Shown here: one piece after another, positions 1 through 7,817 of the stretch
Numbering within the stretch: the first letter of the stretch is position 1
How the letters are laid out: the number at the start of each line of letters is the position of its first letter
DNA from: Breznakia blatticola
GTDB lineage: Bacteria; Bacillota_I; Bacilli_A; Erysipelotrichales; Erysipelotrichaceae
Direction of reading: 5' to 3'
Assembly: GCF_004365815.1 (NCBI RefSeq)
Contig: NZ_SODD01000026.1
Span: 1 to 32,000, forward strand
Length of the DNA stretch: 32,000 nt
The notes under the pieces: model-generated
The model's input: only the letters and a program-made list of their open reading frames with translations
Database searches by the model: none
Told to the model about the DNA's origin: nothing
Made by a program: the position numbers and the translations under genes

Positions 1-136
1 CCATCACAAGAAATGCTTTAAAGACACATAAATTATTCAGTACTTATCAGTGATTTATCGAGACTTGGTATGCACTGGTTGAATTAAGCCAATTAATAAT
101 AAAAAAATAAACATTAAAGCAGAGCAAGCTTTAGAA

Positions 137-667
137 ATGCAAGTTAATGCATTGTTTGGTATTTTATCAACATTTGATGAAAAAAGCTTAGTTGATAATG
201 CAACTATTGAAGTAAATTGGACAGTTTATACGTTAAAAGAAAAGGATGGAGAGTTTTTTGTAAAATCTCCTAACTATGCAGACAATGCATATGAGGAGTT
301 AACAGATGACTTAACATTAGCCTTATGGGTACATTTAGAACAATTTCATCTATTAAGAAAATTGAATATCGAAGGAGAAGCTATTAGATTTGATGATAAA
401 GTCATATATGCAGATGGAGCTTTCGATGCTAATAACGTCTATCTTCAAAGGATTGAGACATCAACGAAAGGGGATTCTGGATGGTTTATAGGCGTTAGGA
501 ATGGGGACAATTCAAAACTTAAAGCATGCTATGCATATCAGCTATTAAAATTGAATAAAGAATTTATACAATATTTGGTACTTCCAAAAAATTATTTAGT
601 AGTTTTAGAAAACAATGAAGTTAAAGCAATATTGAATGGAGACAATGAGAATATTACAAATAATTAA
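137..667 (+). CDS. Putative polymorphic-toxin immunity protein (Imm33/DUF2185-like C-terminal half)
   Basis: 176-aa ORF. The C-terminal 'TKGDSGWFIGV...LVLPKNY' resembles the DSGW signature I associate with Imm33/DUF2185. It heads a toxin/immunity array, so a cognate toxin would lie upstream of the window. Confidence 0.45.
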   Translation: MQVNALFGILSTFDEKSLVDNATIEVNWTVYTLKEKDGEFFVKSPNYADNAYEELTDDLTLALWVHLEQFHLLRKLNIEGEAIRFDDKVIYADGAFDANNVYLQRIETSTKGDSGWFIGVRNGDNSKLKACYAYQLLKLNKEFIQYLVLPKNYLVVLENNEVKAILNGDNENITNN

Positions 668-711
668 ATCAAAAGTAGCTTGTGTATTTTTCTTTCGGCT
701 ATTACTTACTA

Positions 712-778
712 CCCTTGGTGCGCCAACGGCAAGGGCCTGAGAAGTGCGTTTGGATGAGGATGTAATACCACCCTACGC
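712..778. repeat. GC-rich conserved intergenic element, copy A (partner at 8314..8388)
   Basis: ~58% GC by hand count in an AT-rich region. Shares the blocks GCGCCAACGGCAA and GAGGATGTAATACC(A/G)CCCT(A/G)CGC with copy B. Starts 45 nt after an immunity-gene stop codon. Confidence 0.8.
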
Positions 779-915
779 ATACATATTAAAATGAGGAAAG
801 CACAAATAAGTAGGAATAATATGTAAATACTTGTAGGTGAAATTTACATGCAAAGTAAATAAGAAACAAGAAATAAACACAAAGACCATTAACAGCAGGC
901 TGTCTATGTTGCGAT

Positions 916-2655
916 ATGGTCCTTTTGTTATGCAAACAAGATCCAAATACATATCAAGGATATACGACAAAAAAAGTAAGAAAAGTAGAAGTATCCTATG
1001 AAGACATTGTCAAAGGAAAAACAATTATCGACTTAGGTGATGACTTTAACAAATACATAAAGGGTATAAATGATGGTATAATAAAAGCAGATAAAATATC
1101 TGAAGATGAATACATGAATGCAGTACTAGGATCTAAGTTTGCACATGATATGGAAGCGGATGATTTTATATCTGGATTAAGCTTTGTCTTAGATTGTATA
1201 CCTGTCGTAGGTGGTATAAAAAATATTGCAGAAGCATGTTCTGGAACAACTATGACAGGAGAAAAACTATCTGATGATGAAAGAGTCATGTTGGGAGTTG
1301 GAGGACTGTTATCAATTGGAATTGATATAGCTACGTTTGGTTCACTAAGTGGAGCTACAACAGCAGCAAAAGTAGGAAGTTTCACAATCAAAGTAGGAAT
1401 AGAAACAGGACAAGCAATGGTGATAGGTCTAGGTAGTCAATACCTGATAGAAAATGGATGTAATCCACTATTGGCATTTGCTATTATGGCAGGAGCAACT
1501 GTAGCAGGTGGAGCAGCATTTAGTAAAGTAACCGCAAAACCATCTATCAAACTTGATTTAGACACTCTAGCAAGTAAAGGAATTAATAATGTAGATGAAC
1601 TAGCAAAACATGGAATCACAAGTATGGATGATCTTGCTAAGCTAGGTGTAAAGAATAGTGATGATCTAGCTAAACTAGGAATTAAAAATGCAGATGACTT
1701 GGCAAAATTTGGAGTAAATAGTTTAGAAGATTTAAAACATATTGGTTTAGGTGATTTAGCAACCTATAAAAGTATTGATGATATCTTTGATAGCAAGAAA
1801 AGCTTCATGGATATGATGGATGCAACAGAGGCAGCAAGATATGAAAAATATCTAAGTTCTAAATTAACAGATGGATTGCCACCAAATATGGATATGGATG
1901 ACTATTTGCGATATCAAAAAGCATTAAATAAACTAGATGAAATAAGTGCATACAACAAAGTAAATGGAAATGCGATTCTTGATATAAGAAGAGAAGCAGA
2001 TAACTTACTAAAATATGGAGTGAAAAATACAAGTGATTTAGGAAAGTTAGGAATCACAAGTATAGATGACTTAACAAAACTAGGAATCAAAAACACAGAT
2101 GATTTACTAAGTTTAGGAGTTAAGAATATCGATGACCTTAAGCAGGTAGGTATTAAAGGTTTAGATGAATTTAATTCGATAGATAAAATTTTTAAGGGCT
2201 TGGGGAATGAAGAGCGTCTAATTCCAGGTATGGATGGAGTTGTGACTGGTGGTAATTCTACAAAGCTTGGTAAGAATATGCTTGGGGATATGGGTGTTAA
2301 TGGTTCAAAATGGAGCGGTTATCAAGCACAGCATATTATTCCCGCTGAAGCCATGAATCACCCAGTAATTCAGAAAATAGGTATGGATTTTGATGATGCA
2401 TCAAATGGATTGTTCTTAAGAACTACCGATGATGGTATTAGTACAATGTCAAGACATAAAGGATATCATTCTACATACAATGATTTTGTACTTTCAGAAT
2501 TAGATAAAATAGATATAGCACAAAGTAGTGTCGCTATTCAAAAACAAGTTTTGGATTTGCAATCTAAATTAATCACATTACAAAAAAGCGGATTACCTCT
2601 TTATCCTAAGCAAGGTGCAAGTATTGATTTGTGGGAGAGATGGTTTTATAAATAA
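916..2655 (+). CDS. Orphan (N-terminally truncated) polymorphic toxin: PT-TG domain, Gly/Ala-rich segment, 11-aa repeats, C-terminal AHH-type HNH/EndoVII nuclease
   Basis: 579-aa ORF. 'LDCIPVVGGIKNIAEACSGTTMTGEKLSDDER' fits the pre-toxin TG pattern. The C-terminus 'YQAQHIIP...DDASNGLFL...SRHKGYHSTYN' fits the AHH nuclease pattern, with AQH instead of AHH. An in-frame stop at 889-891 leaves only ~85 aa before PT-TG, versus ~205 aa in the 6288..7805 toxin. Confidence 0.75.
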   Translation: MVLLLCKQDPNTYQGYTTKKVRKVEVSYEDIVKGKTIIDLGDDFNKYIKGINDGIIKADKISEDEYMNAVLGSKFAHDMEADDFISGLSFVLDCIPVVGGIKNIAEACSGTTMTGEKLSDDERVMLGVGGLLSIGIDIATFGSLSGATTAAKVGSFTIKVGIETGQAMVIGLGSQYLIENGCNPLLAFAIMAGATVAGGAAFSKVTAKPSIKLDLDTLASKGINNVDELAKHGITSMDDLAKLGVKNSDDLAKLGIKNADDLAKFGVNSLEDLKHIGLGDLATYKSIDDIFDSKKSFMDMMDATEAARYEKYLSSKLTDGLPPNMDMDDYLRYQKALNKLDEISAYNKVNGNAILDIRREADNLLKYGVKNTSDLGKLGITSIDDLTKLGIKNTDDLLSLGVKNIDDLKQVGIKGLDEFNSIDKIFKGLGNEERLIPGMDGVVTGGNSTKLGKNMLGDMGVNGSKWSGYQAQHIIPAEAMNHPVIQKIGMDFDDASNGLFLRTTDDGISTMSRHKGYHSTYNDFVLSELDKIDIAQSSVAIQKQVLDLQSKLITLQKSGLPLYPKQGASIDLWERWFYK

Positions 2656-2666
2656 AGGAGGATAAA

Positions 2667-3119
2667 ATGATTATGACAGAAGCTCAACAAAGAATTATAA
2701 ATCATTTATTATATGAAGCAAATGATGATAAAGTAATAAAGGCATTACATGGAATAAAAGATACCGATATTATATATATATATATGTTTAATTATAATTG
2801 GGATAATGGCTTTGATATACCTAATGAAATTATAAATCATCCTTACTGTGATTTAAGTACGGCACTCATGATGTTTTATCATGCTGATGGGGATGCCTTT
2901 TTAGAGGACAAAAGAGTTAATGAACAACTCAAGAAATGGTTTGATTTTATTAAATTACTATATTCGTTAATTTTAGGCTGTAAATATAAGAAGAGTGATA
3001 TAAAATTTAGCCCTCCACTTTCTAGGGTGCAAATATTTAAGTTAAAAAAAATATTATCTCCTAATGAGAATATATTTATTGAGGAATTCGGAAACAGAAA
3101 TTTAAATATTATCGTTTAG
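2667..3119 (+). CDS. Putative cognate immunity protein of the AHH-type toxin (family not recognised)
   Basis: 150-aa ORF starting 11 nt after the toxin stop, behind an AAAGGAGG RBS. The position is the canonical immunity slot. Confidence 0.55.
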   Translation: MIMTEAQQRIINHLLYEANDDKVIKALHGIKDTDIIYIYMFNYNWDNGFDIPNEIINHPYCDLSTALMMFYHADGDAFLEDKRVNEQLKKWFDFIKLLYSLILGCKYKKSDIKFSPPLSRVQIFKLKKILSPNENIFIEEFGNRNLNIIV

Positions 3120-3253
3120 TGGTTTAAAGTGATCTATCTTAATGTGTGGTTACATTGTAAAGAAAGAGAATTCGTACCAAATATGTTAGTTGGTGCCAAA
3201 AAGAATGGAGTCGTAGAAAAAGTAATATTCTAGTTAAATAACAACATCAAAAT

Positions 3254-3300
3254 AAAATGCATCTAGATAAGTGTAATCAAGACATCTACAGATGCATTTT
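3254..3300 (+). terminator. Hairpin with 11-bp perfect stem (AAAATGCATCT / AGATGCATTTT) ending in a T-run
   Basis: The inverted repeat was read directly. The 25-nt loop is large and has inner AGAT/ATCT pairing. It lies 135 nt after the 2667..3119 stop. Confidence 0.4.
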
Positions 3301-3330
3301 TATATAATGATGCAATTATTCAAGGTTATA

Positions 3331-3368
3331 AAGTGAACAAAGTATAATAAAGTGAACAAAGTATAATA
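3331..3368. repeat. Perfect 19-nt tandem duplication (AAGTGAACAAAGTATAATA x2)
   Basis: Read directly. Each unit contains TATAAT. Confidence 0.9.
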
Positions 3369-3778
3369 AGGAAATAACGGCATATAGTAAAATAAGTAAA
3401 TTTGCAATTCTTGACAAAAAATAGAAGCATAAAACTTACAAAATATGAAGTAAAAAAACTCAGGCATTTCAAGAGAACTAGAAATCAAAATTTTGATAGA
3501 GCAGCAACAGTTTTAGTAATGTTAAGGGCTATTGTCAATAAAACATGGATTCCTAAGGGAATTAATGAGCAGATAATGTCAAGTGGATACACATGGTATG
3601 AGTTGAATAATGCAGAGATTATGATATTTTTCAGTGTAAAAAAGACTTCGTAGGGATTTATGTCTCTCAGAAAATAAAAGACATTATTGAAGAGAATGAT
3701 TGAATCGGATTTGTATTATATAAGCAAGATATTATTAAAATTAAGTAAGTAAATTTTTTTTGCAATTGTCTAGAGAAA

Positions 3779-3799
3779 GGCGTTTATGAAAGTAACTAT
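3779..3799 (+). repeat. Left copy of exact 21-bp direct repeat GGCGTTTATGAAAGTAACTAT (dsbA-like 5' end remnant)
   Basis: Identical to 17773..17793. Similarity ends abruptly on both sides. Confidence 0.9.
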
Positions 3800-4223
3800 C
3801 ATTTAGAATATACCTGTCTTTTTTTGTAATGAATCATCAATATCTATTATGAAATTTACTGACAAAAGTGCTGTGATAGTTAATCGGCTCATCCATTAAA
3901 CACAAAAAATACTTTTAATAATTCTTTTGAATGACTTAAACTTTGGAGTGTTAATATACTCAAATGTTGTAATGACACTTGGTTGGTAAAAGTCATTTTT
4001 TATCTTCAGCGTGAATTTCGAAGGGGTAATATTGACTAGTGACATCAAGTGTTGCTATATTAATAGTCATTCTTCTTACGTTGTCTCAATCACAATCGAG
4101 CCAAAATAAACCTAGTATCAACCTATATTTTGCGAGTGTTTACATGCAAAATAGCACATAGTAAATTAACCTACGTTTTTGAAAGAATAGTCAGAAAGTA
4201 TTAGTTATAGAATGATAAGTTAA

Positions 4224-4252
4224 TTGAAGGCTAATGTATAAAGTGTTATAAT
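4224..4252 (+). promoter_or_regulatory. Sigma-70-like promoter TTGAAG-17 nt-TATAAT for the toxin operon
   Basis: Hexamers and 17-nt spacer read directly. It lies ~105 nt upstream of the 4357 start. Confidence 0.5.
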
Positions 4253-4356
4253 TTAGCCATTAAAAAAGCAAGAAGGGAAAAGAAAAACAATTTAAAATAA
4301 GTTTAATGGAATCCATTAACTTGGGTTCTGTTTTAATGTAGAGGGGGGTATAAATA

Positions 4357-4728
4357 ATGGGATGGTTTAGTAAAACCTATGTGCAAGAAATGATTGATGA
4401 GTTTGAAGATTTAATTTGCGATATCAATAGCACAATTACAAAGATGGAAAGTAATTTAAGCACCTTGAAAACAGATGTAAAATCCATTCATAGTAAATTA
4501 GGTACATATACAGAAGCTAAAGGGTCTTACACAGATATTTATTACAAGAAAATAGGGGAAAGTAAAGAAGATTTCAATGTTGTGTATAATAAGTATCAAG
4601 ATGCTATAGATGCACTAAAGGTGAAAAAGAGAAGAGCAGAATACGTGTTAAGTCAATTCGAGGATTATCGTAGAAAAGAAGTAAATCAAGACATAGAATA
4701 TAGTGCAAATGAAGTTTACATTAACTAG
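4357..4728 (+). CDS. Small helical accessory protein (Lap/WXG100-like candidate)
   Basis: 123 aa with a coiled-coil-like composition and a GAGGGGGG RBS. It is the first gene of the operon, the position typical of small helical partners of Gram-positive secreted toxins. Confidence 0.45.
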   Translation: MGWFSKTYVQEMIDEFEDLICDINSTITKMESNLSTLKTDVKSIHSKLGTYTEAKGSYTDIYYKKIGESKEDFNVVYNKYQDAIDALKVKKRRAEYVLSQFEDYRRKEVNQDIEYSANEVYIN

Positions 4729-4740
4729 CGGAGGAGAATT

Positions 4741-5076
4741 ATGAGTGCAGATAAATACATTTTTGATCCTGCGGTAGTAACGAGGGTCATAAAAGAACAA
4801 AGACATGTTCGCAGTGAACTACAAGAGATTTATAAGAGTGCAATTGAACTAAGAAGTAAAATTGATAGTGGCATTAGTTGGAAGGGTAAACAAAAGGACG
4901 TTTTACTGAATATGTTAGATGCTGTGATTTTATATCATGGTGATGTAACTGGTGGAAAAGATGGAAAAAATAATAGTCCTTACGATGCATTAATTAGTGC
5001 ATTAACAAACTTAGAGAAAAGTTTGAATGTATCTGTTAATGATATTCCTGCTTATAAGGAGATTTCAAAAGTATGA
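4741..5076 (+). CDS. Small WXG-like accessory protein
   Basis: 111 aa with a central 'ISWKGKQK' W-x-G motif in a helix-turn-helix-sized protein. There is a 12-nt gap with a GGAGGAG RBS. Confidence 0.45.
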   Translation: MSADKYIFDPAVVTRVIKEQRHVRSELQEIYKSAIELRSKIDSGISWKGKQKDVLLNMLDAVILYHGDVTGGKDGKNNSPYDALISALTNLEKSLNVSVNDIPAYKEISKV

Positions 5077-5726
5077 TTGCATTAAATACAAATGAGATTC
5101 TTGCCTTAAACGGACTATTGGATAGTGAAGCGATCCATGGAATCAAACTTCCAACAGTACCACAAGAACAAGAAGAAGCAGTAACCAAAGAAGTAATCGA
5201 GTCACTCACGGAAAAAGAGTTTTTTATTGATGGGAAGATGAGTGATAAATTGTTTGCGATTACACAATTGTTAGAAGAATACAAAACGAGTGAACGATAT
5301 GTATTTATAAATCAAATGCGTATTGGATTAAAAGATGAAGATGAAGTTACTTTTTTAGAAATTAATGAAGATGAAACTATTTATCTAGGACGTATCCAAA
5401 GAGTAAATATAGTAAAACAAATTGTTGGCAATAGTGAGTTTTTGAAGAAGGAACAAAAAACACGTTACTTTGGAAATGAAGAAAAGGATTGTAGTTTTGA
5501 TGAATACACAGAGTATGTAAATAGTAAAAATGATGAATGGAAAGATATGATAGTTATCCAAGTTTATCAAGAAGAACAACTACAAAACTTTTATACATAT
5601 TATATGAGTGATAATGAGGGATATTGCTACAACCATTTACGTAAAACAAGTAAAGAAAAAGGGCCGAAAGATATACGACAAGACTTAATCGATATTCTTG
5701 AGGTAGTAGGTGATCGCAATGAGTGA
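5073..5726 (+). CDS. Acidic 217-aa accessory protein (candidate chaperone/adaptor; family not recognised)
   Basis: Its start overlaps the previous stop (ATGA). A degraded copy of its 3' end is present at ~9880..9950. Confidence 0.4.
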   Translation: MIALNTNEILALNGLLDSEAIHGIKLPTVPQEQEEAVTKEVIESLTEKEFFIDGKMSDKLFAITQLLEEYKTSERYVFINQMRIGLKDEDEVTFLEINEDETIYLGRIQRVNIVKQIVGNSEFLKKEQKTRYFGNEEKDCSFDEYTEYVNSKNDEWKDMIVIQVYQEEQLQNFYTYYMSDNEGYCYNHLRKTSKEKGPKDIRQDLIDILEVVGDRNE

Positions 5727-6291
5727 TGTTACAGGAGTTACAAGTACTCAAGGTGTTGAAGTTTCAATCGGCGAAGAGAGTTATGAAATTGCAATGGAGT
5801 TTAGTAATTTAGTTGCAAGACTTGCGAGTGCTCAAAATGATTTCAATAAAAGTGCAGCATTTATGAGTGCATCAGAAGGTAGTATTATTGGAAAACAACT
5901 TGCTGAATCAATAATGACAAAAATGTCTGGATTGTTTGGACCAAACAAACAAGCAATACCATCAAATAGTCCAATACGGCCTGTAGGTGATGGAGAAGTT
6001 ATGTATGAAGGTAAGGCAAGTGAAGAGATAGCGAATGCTACAGCAACACTGTCTACACATATTGATAACCTTATGAATTTTTACTCAATGTGCTCAGAAT
6101 ATATCAACCAAGCATGGGAAGCAATGGTTGAAAAAGATAAAGAGTTAGCGGATAAAATCTCTTTTAATTATATTGTTGAGCATAAGGAAGAGTATCGAAA
6201 GATACTTGAAGATGACTATGGTATCGATGCCGATGCATTACAAAAAGTTTCCCTTGAAAAAGATAGTAATCAAGGAGGCACAACAGCATGA
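5710..6291 (+). CDS. Helical accessory protein translationally coupled to the toxin (possible stand-alone LXG-like module)
   Basis: 193 aa (GTG at 5710, or ATG at 5719). Its stop overlaps the toxin start (ATGA) behind AAGGAGG. The last 90 codons are duplicated at 9952..10222. Confidence 0.4.
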   Translation: MIAMSDVTGVTSTQGVEVSIGEESYEIAMEFSNLVARLASAQNDFNKSAAFMSASEGSIIGKQLAESIMTKMSGLFGPNKQAIPSNSPIRPVGDGEVMYEGKASEEIANATATLSTHIDNLMNFYSMCSEYINQAWEAMVEKDKELADKISFNYIVEHKEEYRKILEDDYGIDADALQKVSLEKDSNQGGTTA

Positions 6292-7290
6292 CAAAAACCA
6301 AAATTGTATGTACAAGATGGGAAGACAATGAAGTAAAAAATAATGCGATGTTGTCAAATCTTATCAGTCTTGATTTAGATGGACCAGTAAATAGAATTAA
6401 TGCTGAGTTTGCAAGGTTACCACATATTGCGAAAATTAGTTATAGTAATTTAAATGAAAAAAAGAATACTGCTATGTATGGCTTATCAACTATATCTGGG
6501 TATGTTACAAAAATCATTGATTATATTGATGAGTACATCGATGATCCATTCTACAAAAAATTAAATGGACCAACAGGAGTTCTGGAACGTTTGGAAAAAA
6601 TCCGTTTGGATGACTCAAAATATCAAGTGAAAAACACAGCAGGTATTGAAACAGAAAAAACGGTTTATATTACAGATCCATATACACATCAAACAAAAGC
6701 TGAAGTAGTTAAGGAAGTAAAAAACAAAATCAGCATTGAAGATATGTTGAAGACTAGTGGGGTAAAAGGAAGTAGCAGTATTCCGACATTCAAAGATTTA
6801 TATAAGGAACAGTTTGACCAACAAAGTAAGGCGAATCCGGATTTGAAGTATAGTGAATATGTTGATCAACTTATTCATAGAGCAGACATTAGTCATAGTG
6901 TGGATGCAGGATGGCTAAATGTAGTAAGTGATGTACTAGATATAGTAGGTATTGTATCTATTGTTGGAATATTTACAGGTAAAGATTTTATTACTGGAGA
7001 AATCTATACGAAAGCGGAACGCGATGCAGCCTTAATTAATGGTATAATAAGTATAGGAAGTTTAGCTTTTGCTGGAGTTGGGCTCGTAGGAAGTGGACTA
7101 AAAGCAACGGCAGTTGGATTAGGAAAGGCAGTAGCATTGGATATGGCAGCTGGTGCAGCTGGTATGGGGGCAGGAGCAGTAGCTGGAGCACTAGGTGCAC
7201 CAGATGAACTTCGTGCCTTGATTACAATTGGAACAGCAATGGGTGCTGGGTATGGACTTGGAAAGATAACCAATAAAAATATAAATAAAG
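6021..7290 (+). repeat. 1,270-bp direct repeat, copy 1 (partner 9952..11221)
   Basis: Constant offset of 3,931 nt with no indels. By eye, 12 substitutions, all in 7010-7271. Confidence 0.95.
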
Positions 7291-7805
7291 CTAGTAAGGG
7301 TTCGGGTGCTAATTTAGATAATATTAATGGATTTGCTAAAGGAAATAAGAATTTCGATGATGTAGTAGATGATTATGCAAGGATTTACGCAGATAAAGTT
7401 AAAAGTAATAAGAGTTGGGAATGGATGGATATTGAAGGTGCTGAAAACCTTACGCCAAAACAAATGAAAGAAATTCGAGAATTAGCAAAAACTAATGGTT
7501 ATATACCAAATATTCAGTTGAAGCCAGGAACTAACTACCCTGATTTTGAAAGTTCTGATGTTATTTATAAAGTTAATGGAAATCCTGTTATAGAACAATT
7601 ACCAGAAGATTTATGGCTAAAAGGAGATAAAGCACAATTTGATTATCTAGACTCACAGTTGCCCGGTGGGGTTAGACCAAAAGGGTATACTTGGCACCAT
7701 AGCGAAATATCCGGCAGAATGGAGTTAGTTGAATATGGTATTCATAACTCTACATGGCATAAAGGCGGTAGAGCACCTGGCGGTTGGGCCGATGCAAAAA
7801 GATAG
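6288..7805 (+). CDS. Polymorphic toxin: unknown N-terminal domain, PT-TG, Gly/Ala zipper, C-terminal WHH-type HNH/EndoVII nuclease
   Basis: 505 aa. Contains 'FTGKDFITGEIYTKAER' (PT-TG), 'AAGAAGMGAGAVAGALGA', and the C-terminal 'PKGYTWHHSEISGRMELVEYGIHNSTWHKGG' (WHH at 7692-7700). Confidence 0.8.
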   Translation: MTKTKIVCTRWEDNEVKNNAMLSNLISLDLDGPVNRINAEFARLPHIAKISYSNLNEKKNTAMYGLSTISGYVTKIIDYIDEYIDDPFYKKLNGPTGVLERLEKIRLDDSKYQVKNTAGIETEKTVYITDPYTHQTKAEVVKEVKNKISIEDMLKTSGVKGSSSIPTFKDLYKEQFDQQSKANPDLKYSEYVDQLIHRADISHSVDAGWLNVVSDVLDIVGIVSIVGIFTGKDFITGEIYTKAERDAALINGIISIGSLAFAGVGLVGSGLKATAVGLGKAVALDMAAGAAGMGAGAVAGALGAPDELRALITIGTAMGAGYGLGKITNKNINKASKGSGANLDNINGFAKGNKNFDDVVDDYARIYADKVKSNKSWEWMDIEGAENLTPKQMKEIRELAKTNGYIPNIQLKPGTNYPDFESSDVIYKVNGNPVIEQLPEDLWLKGDKAQFDYLDSQLPGGVRPKGYTWHHSEISGRMELVEYGIHNSTWHKGGRAPGGWADAKR

Positions 7806-7817
7806 GAGGAATTATTA

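Noticed and set aside
712-778. The GC-rich element could be a group II intron remnant (copy A begins GTGCGCC and ends ...CCCTAC), a T-box (minus strand reads TAGGGTGGTATTAC) or a tRNA fragment.
   Set aside because: No domain V-like sequence is present and the element is only ~70 nt. Copy B starts GCGCG rather than GTGCG. No downstream gene exists on the minus strand for a T-box. No T-arm or D-arm motifs are present. It is kept as an unexplained repeat instead.
773-970. 65-aa minus-strand ORF between the GC-rich element and the orphan toxin.
   Set aside because: It has no RBS and a hydrophobic low-complexity sequence, and it overlaps the toxin start.
996-1391. Antisense ORFs inside large CDSs: 996..1391, 1437..1619, 1914..2096, 5036..5284, 5385..5751, 7004..7273, 11326..11526, 15720..15968, 16412..16768, 17859..18641, 19318..19802, 20423..20785, 21150..21506, 21776..22042, 23922..24980, 25547..26208, 26779..27064, 27300..27536, 28163..28375, 29373..29872.
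   Set aside because: All are embedded opposite well-supported genes. They have odd compositions (for example a Pro/Ala-rich mirror of the Gly/Ala stretch) and no RBS. They are typical shadow ORFs.
2771-2785. (TA)7 dinucleotide run inside the immunity gene, as a possible phase-variation tract.
   Set aside because: The tract is short, it encodes a plausible IIYIYM in an AT-rich genome, and the gene is in frame. There is no evidence of slippage from a single sequence.
3331-3368. The 19-nt perfect tandem duplication as a regulatory iteron or CRISPR-like repeat.
   Set aside because: There are only two units with no spacers. It is more simply a local slippage duplication in non-coding DNA. It is recorded as a repeat feature only.
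3402-3653. 83-aa ORF in the long intergenic region.
   Set aside because: It has a TTG start without a recognisable RBS and a low-complexity basic composition. It lies in a region that looks like a diverged non-coding flank.
6270-6300. Programmed frameshift or read-through fusing the 5710 product to the toxin to make a single LXG-like protein.
   Set aside because: The toxin is in the -1 frame, but no slippery heptamer precedes the TGA. A strong AAGGAGG RBS and an ATGA overlap indicate ordinary translational coupling, and this arrangement is conserved in both copies.
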